This document shows positions 32,225 to 48,130 of a stretch of DNA of 64,000 nucleotides, in pieces. The notes beneath the pieces were generated by a model that saw only the letters and a program-made list of their open reading frames with translations, searched no databases and was not told the DNA's origin. How positions within the stretch are numbered: position 1 is the stretch's first letter; the number at the start of each line of letters is the position of its first letter. The position numbers and the translations under genes were made by a program. Source of the stretch: the human T2T-CHM13v2.0 reference genome, Homo sapiens; the NCBI RefSeq assembly GCF_009914755.1, contig NC_060927.1; one strand, written 5' to 3'.

Positions 32225-35200
32225 GCATATCTTTGGATTGTTGCAGTGGCCTGAGGGAATTGTTGCCCACATTCAAAATCAGAATATTTATTATTTAAAC
32301 TAACAACCAATACTGTACTGTACTGTACTGGGCATTTTCGAGATATCATTTAAGCCTTAAATCAACCCTGTAATGGAGACATTATTACCCTTATTTTTAG
32401 AAGAAACTTATCAAGAGTTTGCCAGTCCTATTTATCTAACTCAAGTTGCTAGGGAGAATTTGAACCTAGATCTTTCCAGTGCACCAATAATTTCCAAATT
32501 TCAGTAAACAACTTACTGCTTTTAGGAATTTTGCTTCATCCATATGCCACCAGGACTCCTACAACATAATGTGCTTAAATCAAGCCTCTCTTTTTTTTGG
32601 TTTTGTTTTGCTCTGAAATGTGAAAACAGTTTGCTCCTATAAATAGAAAACTAATGTTACTTGCCAAAAATTTATGACTAATTAGATAATAATTGCTTGT
32701 CCACATAACACCTAAAATTCTTTCACCAAACACCATGAGTAAACTTGGAGCACTATGAGTAATCTGCTGATTCCTATCAACACTACCTCACTGGCAATTG
32801 CTTATAAGGATCACTAAACCACAGGCCATCCCATTTCAGCTAACTGCAACTCTATGCTTTTAGTTATTTCAGTCAAAGCTGTTGGAGTCATTTGGCGCTT
32901 CTCTTTCTCTCAAACTGTATATCTACATCAGCATAGTCTATACAACATGCCTTCAACATATCACAAGAATCTCACCACTTCTTACAAGATCCATTGCTAC
33001 CACCCTAGTAGCATCATCTTCCCCAGATTATCGAAAATGCTCCCAACTGCATTTCTTTTTTCACCCTTGCCTTGAGAACACATGGACACAGGGAGGGGAA
33101 CATGAAAAACAAGCCTCTTATAACTATACTCATGTTTATTATTATTTATTTTATTGCATAAATTAGCAATGTTTGCAGTTTTTTAAATTATGTCATAACT
33201 AATCAAATTTCCTGTGTAATTTCAAATATTTAATTCACTTCTCATGTATTATTTCCAAGGTGACTGGCATTACTTTTTAATTGACCAATGACAAAATTTA
33301 ACACTCACTTCTCATATGAACAGATAGGTTTGTTTAAAAAATGGCTTAGGCAGGAATTGCTAGTGAACATGTGCCCTTAAATGCTAACTCACAATTATGG
33401 CAACTTACTGAGTCAATGGTTTGGGCACTTGGCAAGTCTTTCTTCAGTTAACATCTTGCATATAAAATATTCATTTTCAGAATTTTACCTAGAGTGCACA
33501 TATGGTTTTTCAACTCAAAAGACTACACTAAAACAATTGGAAAAAAGATGCCATTAGTGTTGCCCAAGGTACAGAGAAGGCCTTCTTGTATCCTTTGCCT
33601 TTCTTTGGAAATAAAGACCTATGAATTCCTAATCTATACTTTTTGTTAAGATCCCTTTTTAAAGGGTGTCATGTGTAGCCTAAGATATAGCTTGAAAGTT
33701 GATATGAGTGGTGCTTTGTGACAGAACCACAGATGTTCAGTACATGATATATTTATTTTTTACCCCAGTGGCCCTTATAAAAAGGGCTAGAAAATCAGCT
33801 TATAACAAGCCAACTAATGACATGATATAGAGAGGCCCCTGGTTCAATGACTGTTAGTACAGCTGTGTCCCATTACATATTAGATACCTAGAACATACTT
33901 GCATTCTGAATGGCATTTATCTTTTGAATTTCAAACATTCCTACCATAAATAAGGATTTTATGCTTTTCACAAATGTTTCACAGTTTAGTCTAGGGAATA
34001 CTGAAAGGTTGCTTTTACTTAATGAAATTTACCCTTTAAAGTTTCCTGGAGCTAAGACGAACATTTTCTGAGCGCTCACCTCAACAGACCTGCCTCACTC
34101 TCCTCTATGCCCATTCTCTGCTATCCCCTTAGCCTGGAGAGGTGATAATAACTTGAGTTTCACAAAACCAACAGTGTGGGGACCACATGAGAGCTGGCTT
34201 TTGATCATGGTTTAATAATTCCCTCTTTGTTACTTCTCCCTAATAAGAGGTATCTGAGTCTAACATAGAATTGCTACACTTGTGCTGTGGGAAAAGCAAT
34301 ATTTTTATATGTATTTTGTTTGCAAAATGCACACTATGTCTAAAAATTACTTTAAGTGAAAATATTTTCACAACCCCCTCAAGGTCCTGATTATAATTTG
34401 AAGGTAATAAAGACTCATACTTCTAAAGTAGAGTAGTATGACACCTTAAGAAATGTTATGTGAGATGACCTCACTTCTGAAATAATGTTTCAGAATTGTT
34501 TCGTTTTAAATAAGTGTGATGGTCCATCTCATCTTCTTCAAGCGCAAGTAGCTGCTATTAATCCAGAAGATCTTCATTTCTTTTTGGGTTGAACATATCT
34601 GCTATCTTGAGGAATGAACCATGAAAAAGAAGGAAAGTCATTTCTTGTGATTCAGGCAGGAACTCAGTCATTTTCCTTTTGTCCTTCAAATAATTGTTGA
34701 AATGGTGGGAGATTAGCCTAGATAGTGACTGCTGCAGTAACAACTGCTGCCTAGAAGTGAGCTTTATTCCACCTCCATGTAAAGAAAGCAGCTGTCTTTC
34801 TATTGCAGTTGGCGCCAGGCAGCTGCTTTTACTTTCTGTATTTCTTTATAGAGCCCTTCGTCTTAAATGCAGTCACCTGCACACAGCCTACACTTTTTTT
34901 AGTCACAAAGGCTGCAACAAGAAAGCTTCATATGACTCCTGTAATGAGCAATGCAGAAAGTAATATGGAAAGATGTTCCTTGAGCATTGTATAAGGAGTG
35001 TACTGGGTGGACGTTGGGAGATGGGGCAAGGGAGAAGGAGTTTAACATGTGTGATTGGGTGTTTGTGAAAAGCACCAGATTGTCAGATGGCAGGATGTGT
35101 ACAACATGGGATGAGTGGCAGGAAAGGCTCCAGTGGTCAGTTCTTGTCCTGCACAAAAAATTCACAGCACAATGAGAACCAAAGATATCTCCAATAAATG

Positions 35201-35496
35201 AAGTTTTACTTCTTCCCAGTTAAAAGAAAATATTCTCATTGACCAAGGTTATATTTACTAACTCAAACTAAGATTATAGTCTGGTGTATGTTTCAATCTC
35301 CTCTTTCCTCCTAGAGTTTTACTAAAGAAGATTTATGCAAACCCAAACTGTGATAAGATTTGTAAGATGATTGACTGTGGCACCAAAGAAAATTACTCTT
35401 ATCATTTCATCTTATATAAAGCTAGGTATCTATCTACTCTCTTTTTAAACATAGGTTTTGGTTTCATGCATAGATTTGCAAAGTCATTTTTCAATT

Positions 35497-36042
35497 ATAT
35501 TAGTCCACATATTAATGAAGTTTCTCCAGAGAAGCAGAACCAATAGACTGTGTGTATCTATCTATCCATTGAGAGAGAGATAGAGAGGGGGCAGGGAAAG
35601 AATACACCAATAGACTGTGTGTATTTATCTGTCTATTGAGAGAGAGATAGCGAGGGGGCAGGAGACAGAGAGAGAGTGAGAGAGAGAGAGTTTAAGGAAT
35701 AGGCTCATGTGATTGTGGAGGCTGCCAAATCCACAGACTGCAGGGTAAGCTGATAGGCTGGAAACCTAGGGAACAGCTGACATTGCAGCTTGAGTCTGAA
35801 TGCACTCTGAAGCTAGGATTCCCTTGGTCTTAAGGGTTCTCTATTTTTTCTCTTAAGGCCTTCAACGGACTGAATGAGGCCCACACACATTATTGGAGTA
35901 CAATCTGCTTTACTCAAAAGTGTGCCGATTTAAATGTTAATATCATCTGAAAAACACCTTCACAGTGACCCCAGACTGGTGTTTGACCAAATATCTGAGT
36001 ACCATGGCATAGCTAAGTTGACATATAAATTTAACCATCATA
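35497..36042 (-). mobile_element. ERVL solo LTR (MLT2D-like) with an internal ~67-bp tandem duplication and (GA)n
   Basis: ttctccagagaa.cagaacc, gctcatgtgattgtggaggct, aaggccttcaac..ga.tgaggcccac, ending aagttgacatataaatttaaccatca. Confidence 0.85.
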
Positions 36043-36644
36043 GTCAGTGGTGTGTGTGCGTGTGTGTGTGTGTGTGCATGCACATGATTGCTGTTTCTCT
36101 TTTGAGTTAATTTCTAGACTATATTTTTAAAAGAAATGTCAAGATAAATTGATATAAAGAAAATACTAATCTTTTAATTTCACCCACTGACCATATTGGA
36201 ATTCTCTTTTAATGGATCTTCATTCTTCCTTGAGAGTCTTTTTTTAGGTTTTTCTTGGAAGACAATGCCCAGTGCATCAGAAAGTGTCCCCTCCCCTATT
36301 CCTATCTCAAATATATTCAGTTTGAAAATCTCACTTGGATGACCACTTATCAATAGCAATGTAAACTGACAAACTGCTTTGTGGAAAAGGCACACTATAG
36401 GTTTTTTTTATTGGTAAATATTTTCATGTCAACATTACCCTTTTGGAGATCACCTTCTTATGTGCCTTCTGTGCATAGAATTTCAGGAATAGTGTCAGGC
36501 CTAATAAGACAGTCTTCACTACACTGTTTCCCTTTACCGACCTTTGAGAGTCATCCCTATTTTCAGGACAGTGCTGTGGCTGCTATTAGCACCACTTGAG
36601 GGCTTGTTAATCATCTTTGGGTACTGCTATTGATGAAAACTCTC

Positions 36645-36835
36645 AGCTCAGTGATTTTTGAAACCAGAATTGCTTAAAATATCATTCAGAGGCCTTTCAG
36701 AACACCAGTATTTACCTACTCCAAGCCAATCCTACAGATGCAGAGTCTCTGAAAATAAGCATAGGGATCCCTAGTAGCACATGCATTTTTAAATCACTCT
36801 ACAGATGAATCTGGTCAACAAGCACTTGGGAAGTT
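36645..36835. mobile_element. MER5-like hAT-Charlie DNA transposon remnant
   Basis: cagtgattttt.aaac..., cagagtctctg, tgcattttt aaa.cactct.cagatgaatctg... ttgggaa pattern. Confidence 0.5.
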
Positions 36836-37309
36836 CTTAGGAAGAAAAACTCTTTCCCAGTTGCAAGGCTGCAGACAGGCAGAAAATTTATAGCTCCTTC
36901 ACATTACAGTTTGTGCTTCCATGAACTGCCTGGCCTGAGGCCATGCAAATTGAACTTGCAGAAAGAGAAGTTGGATAAACCCTTGTTAAAAAACCAGATA
37001 TATTTATACTAATATTATCTTGGCCTCAAAAAGGCAACACTTGTTTTTCTAGATTTTATGCAAATTTAAGATATTGTCATTATCTTCTCAATATCCTCTA
37101 AATGTCTTTAATTCTAAAGAATTATGTTAAACCTGCTGAAGAGTAATGCTGAGATGGCCAATCAGTGTAATACAGAGATTGTACTTAAAACTGTTCATTA
37201 ACTAATACTGAGTTATCTTTTCTTCTGCATTTTCATCACTCCTTGCTACTTTTCAAAGATTTCCTTAATATTTGTTTTATAAAGTGACTTTACTTCCTAA
37301 CAATGAAAT

Positions 37310-37630
37310 TTAATTATTCAACTTAATTCCAACAATATTTGTTGCATACTGTTATGTGACCAACACTGTGCTGTATGTTGTGGTGAGAGATAATGATAAT
37401 TGATACCTACTTTCTACCCTCGATGAATTTATAATTACCTCAACATTTATTTAACTAAATATAGTTTGTGCAAAGAAAACACACCATAATAAAGAAAAAG
37501 AATGATTATTCTCTGTCTGAGAATAGAGAAAGGTTTTCTTGAAGAGGTGGGGTTTGAGGTGGACAATAAAAGGTAAAGAAGGGTTTAACAGGAGCCAGCA
37601 TGTTGAAGACTGGAAAAAGGAATAAAGAGG
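37310..37630. mobile_element. L2 fragment (degenerate)
   Basis: attccaacaatatttgttgcatact.ttatgtg.cca.cactgtgct and ggttttcttgaagaggtgg are typical of the L2 3' end. Confidence 0.55.
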
Positions 37631-37976
37631 TTGGGAAGATAATTGTCCCCTCAGATATAGCCTTTCAGCTGAGGCAGAGTAGAGGGGAAGACTGAAAGGG
37701 CAATGGTGGATGGAATGGTGGCTTAAGGTCTACAATCTTTTGGGGGGATTTTGTTAGTCCGCTGGAGTGGACACACACTTACCTTTCCAAACATATTTAG
37801 TCATAGATACGAAACATAATGCAAATAAAGGGGCTACAGGCATAAGAGCAGATACAACATAGCTTTTCACCTTGGTTTGATTTTCCACAGGGCAACACTT
37901 GACTGTCTGTGCAGCAAGGGCCCTGCCAGACTTGGAAACATAGACTAATGTTGCTGCACCATTGCTTGTTAGTACT

Positions 37977-38665
37977 CAGTTCTGTGTCAAGAATTCCAGA
38001 AAAAATAACACCAAGAAATTGTGTTCATCAATTTAAGGGACTATTCACACACATTGACTTCCTTTTGGTTCCTGAACCTACTTAGCATCAACAATACCAA
38101 CAAGTAGAGAGGAATAGAGGACAAAGCGGTATGACTGTCCTCATGTCCTTGAATAGGGTCTCTGCCTCCACTTTCCCTTGAAACAGAAAGCCCATTTCCC
38201 TGCAGAGCCTGCCATGCAATTTCTTCACCTGGGCAGAAATGCATGGGTATTTTTTCTTCATTTTATAGGTAGCGGTGCTTGTGTATGATATAGATGGTTT
38301 GGGATGGGATGGTTTAGCAGAAATGCTTCTTGATTTTTGTGTAGAAAAGTGACACAATCAGGCCTATGACTTAGAAAAATAAATGAAGATGCAAGGAAAA
38401 CAAACCAGTTGACACACTAATGATAGCCCAAATGAGAGATTATAAAGGTCTGAAATAAACCTGGGGAAATGAGGGAGATGACCTTTCAGAGATTAAAACC
38501 AGAATAATTAAAACCATGACCAGTTCTGTGTCATGCATTTGGGAAAAAAACAGAACCAATACATTCATCAGTTTAAGGGAATATTTACACATATTGAGTT
38601 CCTTTTGGTTCCAGAACCAACTCAGCATCAACAATACCAACAGGCAGAGGGGAATAGAGGATAAA
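37977..38665. repeat. Pair of ~145-bp direct repeats (37977-38125 and 38521-38665)
   Basis: Core of ~100 bp aligns without gaps with 12 mismatches by eye. Confidence 0.9.
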
Positions 38666-40703
38666 TTGACCAGAATTGAATAAAGGAGCAAGGGGGGAGT
38701 TGTAGCTCACTCAAACATGAGAATAATTTAAACACATGTGGAAGAAAGGATGATAATACCATTGATCAAGATCAAAAACATGAACGCATAATAAGATAAT
38801 ATACAGCATTTTAGAATTGATGAAATTAAGGCAAAAAACAGGTATTCTATGCGGGTGGTTGTACAAAGTAAGCAATTGACCACTAAGATCTGATTCTTGA
38901 GAAAGATCTTAAATATAATTTGTATATTTGAAAGCCATGAAAGTTGAAGAGAAAAAGTGTAGATAATAGAGCATGGAATTTAATTTTAAAATAGCATCAA
39001 GGAAAAGATCTTGAGAACAGCAATGGATAACTGCTGAGTATAGACGGAGTCAGCTTTGGAATCAAAGCCCAGACTTTAACTGGGAAACAGTTATCTACAA
39101 AGTCATTTATGAAATCTTACTCTGTTTTTGCCCTCTCACTTAGTCCTCCTCAAGGAATATAAGCCTAATGAGGGTGGGGAATTGTTGTTCACTTTGTTCA
39201 TTAGTATGTATTTTGTTCATTTTGTTCATTAGATGTGTTTCCTCAGCAACTAAAATGTATTGGATATTTTTAAAAATTCTATCAAATGAAGATGTAGCCA
39301 GTTAGCATGTCCCATAGATTCCACCAGCACAAACTCTCTTCTATTTCTATAACATTCTTCCTATCTTCACTTGATATTACTAACTTCAGGTTCTCATCAA
39401 CCCTCATCTTGATTATTACAGTAGCCACTAGTCTGCAGTTGCGTTTCCACCTCATCTGTTTTACAAAGTACCTTAATCCAAGTGCTTTACTGTGACTTAC
39501 AAAGCTCTCCATGAACTGTTTAAAGACTACCTGCCAATTAATACCTTTCCACTTTATGCTCCATGAATACATTTTCTTGTAAACTTGCATAAACTCGCTA
39601 CAGGTTCATGCCTTTTAAAATCTATTTATATACACGTATGGAAATTTCAACTATTTCCCTTCTTTACCTGTTCATTTCTCATCTCTCAAAAGTCAGTTCT
39701 TGAGTCACTTCCTGCAGGATGTTTCCCATTTCTTCACTAGAGTGAGCTGGCCTCCCGTGTACCCACATAGGAATCAGTTTCTAGCTCTGTCACTGCTCTT
39801 ATAGGTGAAGTGACTCCTCAAAGGCAGGGACCTAGCTTTATCCATGTTTGCTGAACTCTTGATAAAATCATTGTCAGATTAATCACATTAGCATATAGTT
39901 TCAATCACATAACTTAGCTCCTTTAAATAGTGGCTTCCATTACAGAGGAGAAAAAAACAAAAACAAAAAAAAACTTCTTAGCCTCGAAATTAAGATTCCT
40001 CTTATGTGGCATCACACAAATTTCCAATCATAATTTCCTTTACTCCTTGTTACAAAGATAGATATATCTCCTTCCTATTCTCCAGGATATTTTGAAAATT
40101 TGGTAACCTTCACCTAAAATACAATTATTCTATATGCATGTGTTTAAAATTTTTTAATTCTGCAAGACTCAGACTAAGTGCCAGCACTTTGTTAATTTTT
40201 CTCTAATTCTTCTCAGCTGGAAATAGTTGTCCTTTTATCACAACTCCCATAGGGCTACAGAATCGTTTATCTGTATTTCTCTTATGGTGCTTCTCTGTTC
40301 TAATTTGTATTAGAATGCTACTTCATATGCATTTAATCTTTCTTACTGCACTCTAGGTTCCTTGAGGGCGTGACCAAGGCATGGCTCACATTTGTCTCTT
40401 TCATAGTGGCTAACTTGGGCCTTATCCAATAGGCATTTTTATATACATTTTAAGTGAGAGAGCTGTAAGAAGAAGAAGAGCTGAGCAGAAGATTTCAGTC
40501 CTAGTGGTTTCATATAATTAGATCAGAATACTAAAGTGTGTGCTGTTGGTAGTTGTGGAGGTATGGGGTTTTTTAAAAAAATTATTATTTTAAGAGAAAA
40601 CTGAGTGAAATTTGGGGGCAGAATTTAGATCATAAGTGTTAGAGTACATTATTTAAAGCAATCTTCATTAATTAAAAAAAGACAAAGCAGAACTATAAGG
40701 TAG

Positions 40704-41282
40704 TATATTAGTTAGGGCACTCCAGAAAAACAGAACCAGTGGGTTATGTAGAGATATGTAAGAGGAGATTTATGATGGGAATTTGTTTGCATAATTATGG
40801 AGGCCAGAAAGTTCCACAATCTGTTGCCTGGGAGCTAGAGAAATAGAAAAGACTGATACAATTCAGTCTGAGGCCAAAGGCTTATGAACCAGGGGAGTCA
40901 ATAGTATAACTTCCAGTATGAAGTCCAAGGCCTGAAAACTGGAGGGTCTGATATTGTAATTCTTAGAATTAGCAGACCCAAGAAGCTGGATCTTCAATAT
41001 CTGAGGTCAGGAAAAGATAGATTTCCCAGCTCATGAAGAGAGAGCAAGTTCACTGCCCTCTGCCTTGTTCTATTTAGGCCTTCAATGGGTTGGATGATGC
41101 CCACCCACCTTAGTGAGGGTAGATCTTCTTTACTCAATCCATCTATTAAAATGCCCGTATCTTCTAGAAACACCCCCATAGATTCACCCAGAAAAAACAA
41201 AAAACAAAAAACAAAAAACGCTTCACCAGCAGTATGAGCATCCCTTAGCCCAGTCAAATTGACACATAAAATTAACCTTCAT
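40704..41282 (-). mobile_element. ERVL solo LTR (MLT2B-like)
   Basis: tattagttaggg..ctccaga.aaacagaacc, ttatggaggc.agaaagttccacaatctg, ending cccagtcaaattgacacataaaattaacc. Confidence 0.85.
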
Positions 41283-41489
41283 AGTTAGCAACCATTAATT
41301 TTCCAGTTTTTCAATGTGGAAAACTGAGGCAAGGATGTGAAGTAAGATGCCTAGTTCACACTGGTGTTGCTGACTCACAATTTGAACTCAAGTAATCTGA
41401 CAGCTGTGCCCACATTCTTAGTCATCGTTTTCTCTGCTATTGAAGCGTGTCATGGAAGGGAAGAAGAATATGAATTAGCAACTCAATGA

Positions 41490-43100
<1,611 letters not shown>

Positions 43101-44081
43101 AAGAAGGAATGCAAACAACAAAGTAGAAATGAATAAGGAAGTCTCTTTCTCTCAACATTGAGAAAAACAGGAAGAAAGTATAGGAGAAACTAAAAAGTCA
43201 AATTACCTGAAACAGGTTGTGAAGTGAATTGGGCAAAGTGTTAAGAAGTTGCTAAGACTTGAAATAAAACAGTACAGTAGCCCCTCAAACTGGTACTGCA
43301 GTTTTTCATCTTTTCTAAAACATCTACATTTTGGTAATGGATATAAAGTAAGAAAATAAAAGAACTACCAAGGAATTTTTAAAGTGAATATGGAAATTTT
43401 ATTATATCTGCTCTTAAATGGTATGAAAATAAATATTTCAAGGTAGTCAGGTTCTCTGGGAAATCAGCTTTGTATAGTCATTATAGATTTGTGTTTAAAA
43501 AATTCTTTATATTAGTTATTCATATATTTGTTTGTTTGTTTTCATTCCAGTGATTATTTTTATTTAAACTTGTTTTTGGCTGATGATTTTGAGACATTAT
43601 AATTTGTACCAATGACTACAGTTACCATAAAATTCTACTTGAGCACATTTAAACAAAAACATCTTTTATCTGTTCTCATATCTTTAAGTTTCCCTGGAAG
43701 ATTACTCTCTTTACTCATTTAATGAACATGCCCTTAACTATCGTCGACATTTTGGTACCTATTGTGCAGGAATCTTTTCATTCTGGGTCCACTTCTATCA
43801 GGTAAACTGAAGAAGAGATGATACAAGGTAAGATAGATAAAAGATAAGATAAGAAATGATAGGACAAGATAATGTGTGGGCTGGTTTATTTGTATTCCTT
43901 ATAAGGAGATTTGTAGAGTTTCTCTCTCAAAGTACTGACTGTCAGCCAGGGCCACCTCCAGTTCAGTAATACACAACTGTACCGTGTGGCACATTTAGAT
44001 TGTTTAAGGGAAGTCTGTTAATGGGAAGAGTTTTGCTAGTTTGTCTTCCTCTACTTGGTTTATTGTACAAGGCACAGTGAT

Positions 44082-44122
44082 ACACATACACACACACACA
44101 CACACACAACACACACACACAT
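44082..44122. repeat. Interrupted (CA)n microsatellite
   Basis: Visible CA run. Confidence 0.85.
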
Positions 44123-47100
44123 ATGTGTATGACTGAGATTGACAAGTAGCAAAGTTTTAAGACTGGATAATTTATTATATGGAAATCTTTCATATCCTAG
44201 TCAACACTGCTTGCCTATATTGAAGAGAAACAGTTTCTAAATGACTCAACATTTGAAGAGTTACTAGAATAAGTCTGGAGTGGGCTTTACTCTCAAACCA
44301 GTTGTTTCTGTAGGGCAATTCTCTATGATTAACTTCCAGCCTAGGGAGTTATCTAAAAGCTTTCTTCAATTAAAAAAAAAAATAAAACCATTTTAGCAGA
44401 GAGAGGGAGGAAAGAAAAAAAATGTCACCACAAGTTTAAGTTTCTGCATAACTGATCATCAATCTGGTCTGAAACATTCCGATAAAATTGGCATTGACAT
44501 TTGCCCATCTTGGAATCTATGGATTGATCCATCTGAAGGTTTTGGAACCAGTCAGCCTCAGTGGGATGTACTGACAAGAAGGTAGGGTATCTCAAGACAG
44601 GACATCCTAGGACAACTCATAGCTTCACTAGTCATGACCTAGTATTGAAGAGGCTTCATATACAAATTTAAGGCTTAAAGACTTTATAGTGTGATGGAGA
44701 CTATTGGTTACTTCTAGCAGCAACCCCCTCACCCTCATACTTAGATTCAAGCCTTTATATTCCAAGATATTTTTAAAAACACAGCAGCTTTTATTCATAT
44801 ATAGCACAGACTTTTTATTCCTTCTAATTGAAAAAAAAAAACTTTGCAATTTGCAATTGGCATATGTGCCACTTCTAGGAATGCTCTTAACCACTTCATC
44901 AGACTTGGCACTGTCTGGATGTTGGTTTTGATTGCCAACCTATGAAAGAGAAAGGAAATCACAAAAGAGAAAATTAACAAGTGAGCACAGTTCCAAAATT
45001 TGTTCGACAAATGTGTTTTAAATCAAATGAATCATCCTTTGGCACAAGCTATTCACTTTATAGTCATTCATTTGAACAGCTTAGTCTCTGTCTCCTACAG
45101 ACTGTGGTTAACATTATTCTTGATGAATGAGACAGTTACCTTAAAACATAAATAAAACAAATAGAATAACTTAACATCTGACTCTCAAAGGAAGGTATGT
45201 TATCTTACCTTGCACTAGTAATATATTTTAAATAAAAGTATTCAGAAAATCAGCTAAAACCACAAAAGAACCAAGGATATGTCTACATAGAACTGCTGCA
45301 TGAAAAAAGTAGTTTGATCAAATACATATATCTTGATTAAGAAAATATGTGACCCTTCCAAATATTTTATCAGTTTTCTTTTCTAGTCTTTCACTCCATA
45401 AAAGTAGTTTCCATTCTTATTATTTTTACTTACTAATTTAATTAAAAGTCTCTGGCACAAAATAGTTTTCACGCCATAGAGTATTGTACTTATTGCTGAA
45501 ATCAACATTTTAAAATTAATTTCAAGTCTTTGCAAGGGCAAAGACTTACAAAAGTAAATAATTATGTAAATCTTAACCTGTAAGATAATCTTTTTTTCTT
45601 GTTGTTTTTTGTCATCCCATTTAATCTTTACTTTTAAAGAAATTATATTGCTAATTTAAAATTTCCTCCAGCCACTTTTTGAACTGAATCCTTAGGCAAG
45701 ATAACAACCTTTTAAATGTGTAGAACATTTTTTCTTATTTATGTAGGCTTTATATAGATAACTTTGCATATATTTCTGCATCATTTTCCAACATCCATCT
45801 TACCTCACAAAACAAAACCCTGGTGTAATAATTGTGAAATGGCAATGTTATTTCAGAAAATTCTTTTAGCAGCAAATGGGAACTTAGAGAGTCAGAAACA
45901 GAAAAGATTTCTGTGTAAGCCCACTGGTCTCATTCCTATGTGACAGGTGTCTCTGTTGGTGAAGTCTGCTAGTCAGTGGGAAACCAGGATATCATCACCC
46001 TGCTGTGAATGAGTCTCTCCCAGAGGGAACTCACTTATCTGCCTCTGTCTCTGACTCCTACTAGACTCTAATTCTCACTCACCATGAGAATTGACAGGAA
46101 AGATCTATTCAGAGATGTATTTCACTTCACTTTCCATCCTGGATCAGGCTTCTATTTGTGGGTTTGTTCAACATATTATATTAACATAGAACTAAATTGC
46201 ATTTTATAAGGCTTTGAGATGTAGAGGATAAGGTCGATGTCATTACATGGTTTTATTCATTCTAAGTACTAGAATTTAACTCTAAGGGTCAAATAGAGTC
46301 CATTTGGTCTGATTACTATGAGATAGGTGCTATTCAATACTATATATAATAAATATCAGCTTTTATTAAGACAACAAAAGGATTTGTTAAAAATGAGTTT
46401 CCGAACTAAAATTTCAAATATGTACAATTATACACTCTCCACACACACACATACTCAGAAATATAGTCATATATAAAATGTTCAGTAAGATATTTTCTTG
46501 TTGCTTGGGAATTGGCAACTAGAATAAAAAAGTCAGGCAAAAATACACCAAGTATACCACATACAAAAGAGAACTGCAAACAGTTGGAGCCAGACACATC
46601 TTGAGGCATTTTTAAGAGGAATTAAATGGGTCCTTGCCATGTAGATTTTTGCAGAATCATCTGAAAACGTCATGAGTGCCTACAGAAAGCTAGCACACAA
46701 TAGTAAAAGTCAGTATTAGTCAAGAAAACAGTGGAAGTCAACAAATACAGTGCAAATGTGTGCACAGCTAAGTATAACCTCTATTTTCCACCATCTCTCC
46801 ACAGTCCTCCAACATTGGAAAAGGGAAGGAAGATGTAAATGAGCTGACTTTTTTCCTCTTCCACCCATGAAATTGCTGTTTTATACTGTTATACACTGGG
46901 CATTAATAACCAAAAGTGAAGAGCAGGCTATGAGATATTACAGCAATTTCATCAAAGAACAAGAACTTGAGGTTCAACAGATCAGAGGGTCTCTGTTCTC
47001 TGTATTTCACTTTTTAGAAAAATCCCATTGGTCTGGTCTGCATTAGGATGTCTGCTGCTTGTTTGAGGGCCAATTGTCGTGATACATCTCAGCTATTTCT

Positions 47101-47656
47101 TGGTCATTTGGAATGACCAAGTAATGAAGTAGCTCTTATTTTCTAACCTGAGAATGCCACATTCCGAGCACATAACAGAATAAAAAACTAAATTTTTGGT
47201 TCAGAATAGCCACCCAACTTAGAGTAGACAGAAAAATAGAGACTTCATTGAAAAAAAGTAATGCCACTAAACCTCTATATAACACCACAAACTATCCTTC
47301 ATTCCACTATAGCAACTGTAGGTCCTGTTAATCAAATAATTTTCAATATTATCTGTATCACAGCTTACAACTCAATTTCACAATTCAAGAATAAGTTTGA
47401 GGCATCGACGTTGCTGGGGTAGAGATATATTTGTGTATGTGTGTGTGTTAGCTCTGTGTATTCATATGCTTGTATGTTTGTGTGTTTTTTTAGTTTTCCT
47501 AAACTTTGTCCCACTCAAAGCCAAAACTACCCAGTGACACACAATGAGCCATTAACTAAAATAGACTTAAACTGTTAAAGTGTCTTGAAAACCCAAATAA
47601 AGCTTTATATGGTCTCGGCTGTCACCAATATTCCTAAGTATTTACAATGATGCAAG

Positions 47657-48130
47657 GTCTCTTAGTTTGAATTCTCCCAGAAGTAGGCATTGAGATGAGA
47701 ATTTGAATATAGGTTGTTTATTTGGGAATGATCCCTGAAAACACAGGCAGGGGAGCATAAAAATGAAACAAGGAAAGGAAGGCAGCCACTGAAGAATAAG
47801 TATTAATCATTTTACCCTGTGGGAAACTGGAGCTTAATCCTGTTGCTGAAGAGTGGGAGCCCGTTTGGAATACTTGCTTCAGAGTTATCCCACACTAGAT
47901 AAGAGGAAGCTGGGATATTTATACATGAACTCTTCATCAGTCATTGACTGAGAGCTGTTCCAAAGATGAGAGGTAATTGAAGAGTATAATTTTTTATCCC
48001 CAAGACTTCCAGCCTAAAGTGCATGAATAGAAGTGACTCTGATAACAAAAGAAGCCCTCAGTCATACAGATTAAGTAGCTGACATCTTGAAATTGGAAAG
48101 TTGCCCATATAGTAAATTCCAAAGGGATAT
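47657..48130. mobile_element. Old ERVL-type LTR (LTR16-like)
   Basis: tcttagtttgaattctcccagaag.ag.cattgagatgagaatttga...gtttatttggga.tgatccc, ctgtgggaaactggagcttaatcctg. Confidence 0.55.

Noticed and set aside
31941-32349. Six overlapping Tyr/Ile/His-rich ORFs
   Set aside because: Artefact of a stop-poor microsatellite.
33770-33790. Small hairpin gcccttataaaaagggc around a TATA-like sequence
   Set aside because: A 6-bp stem is expected by chance in 64 kb and there is no other promoter evidence.
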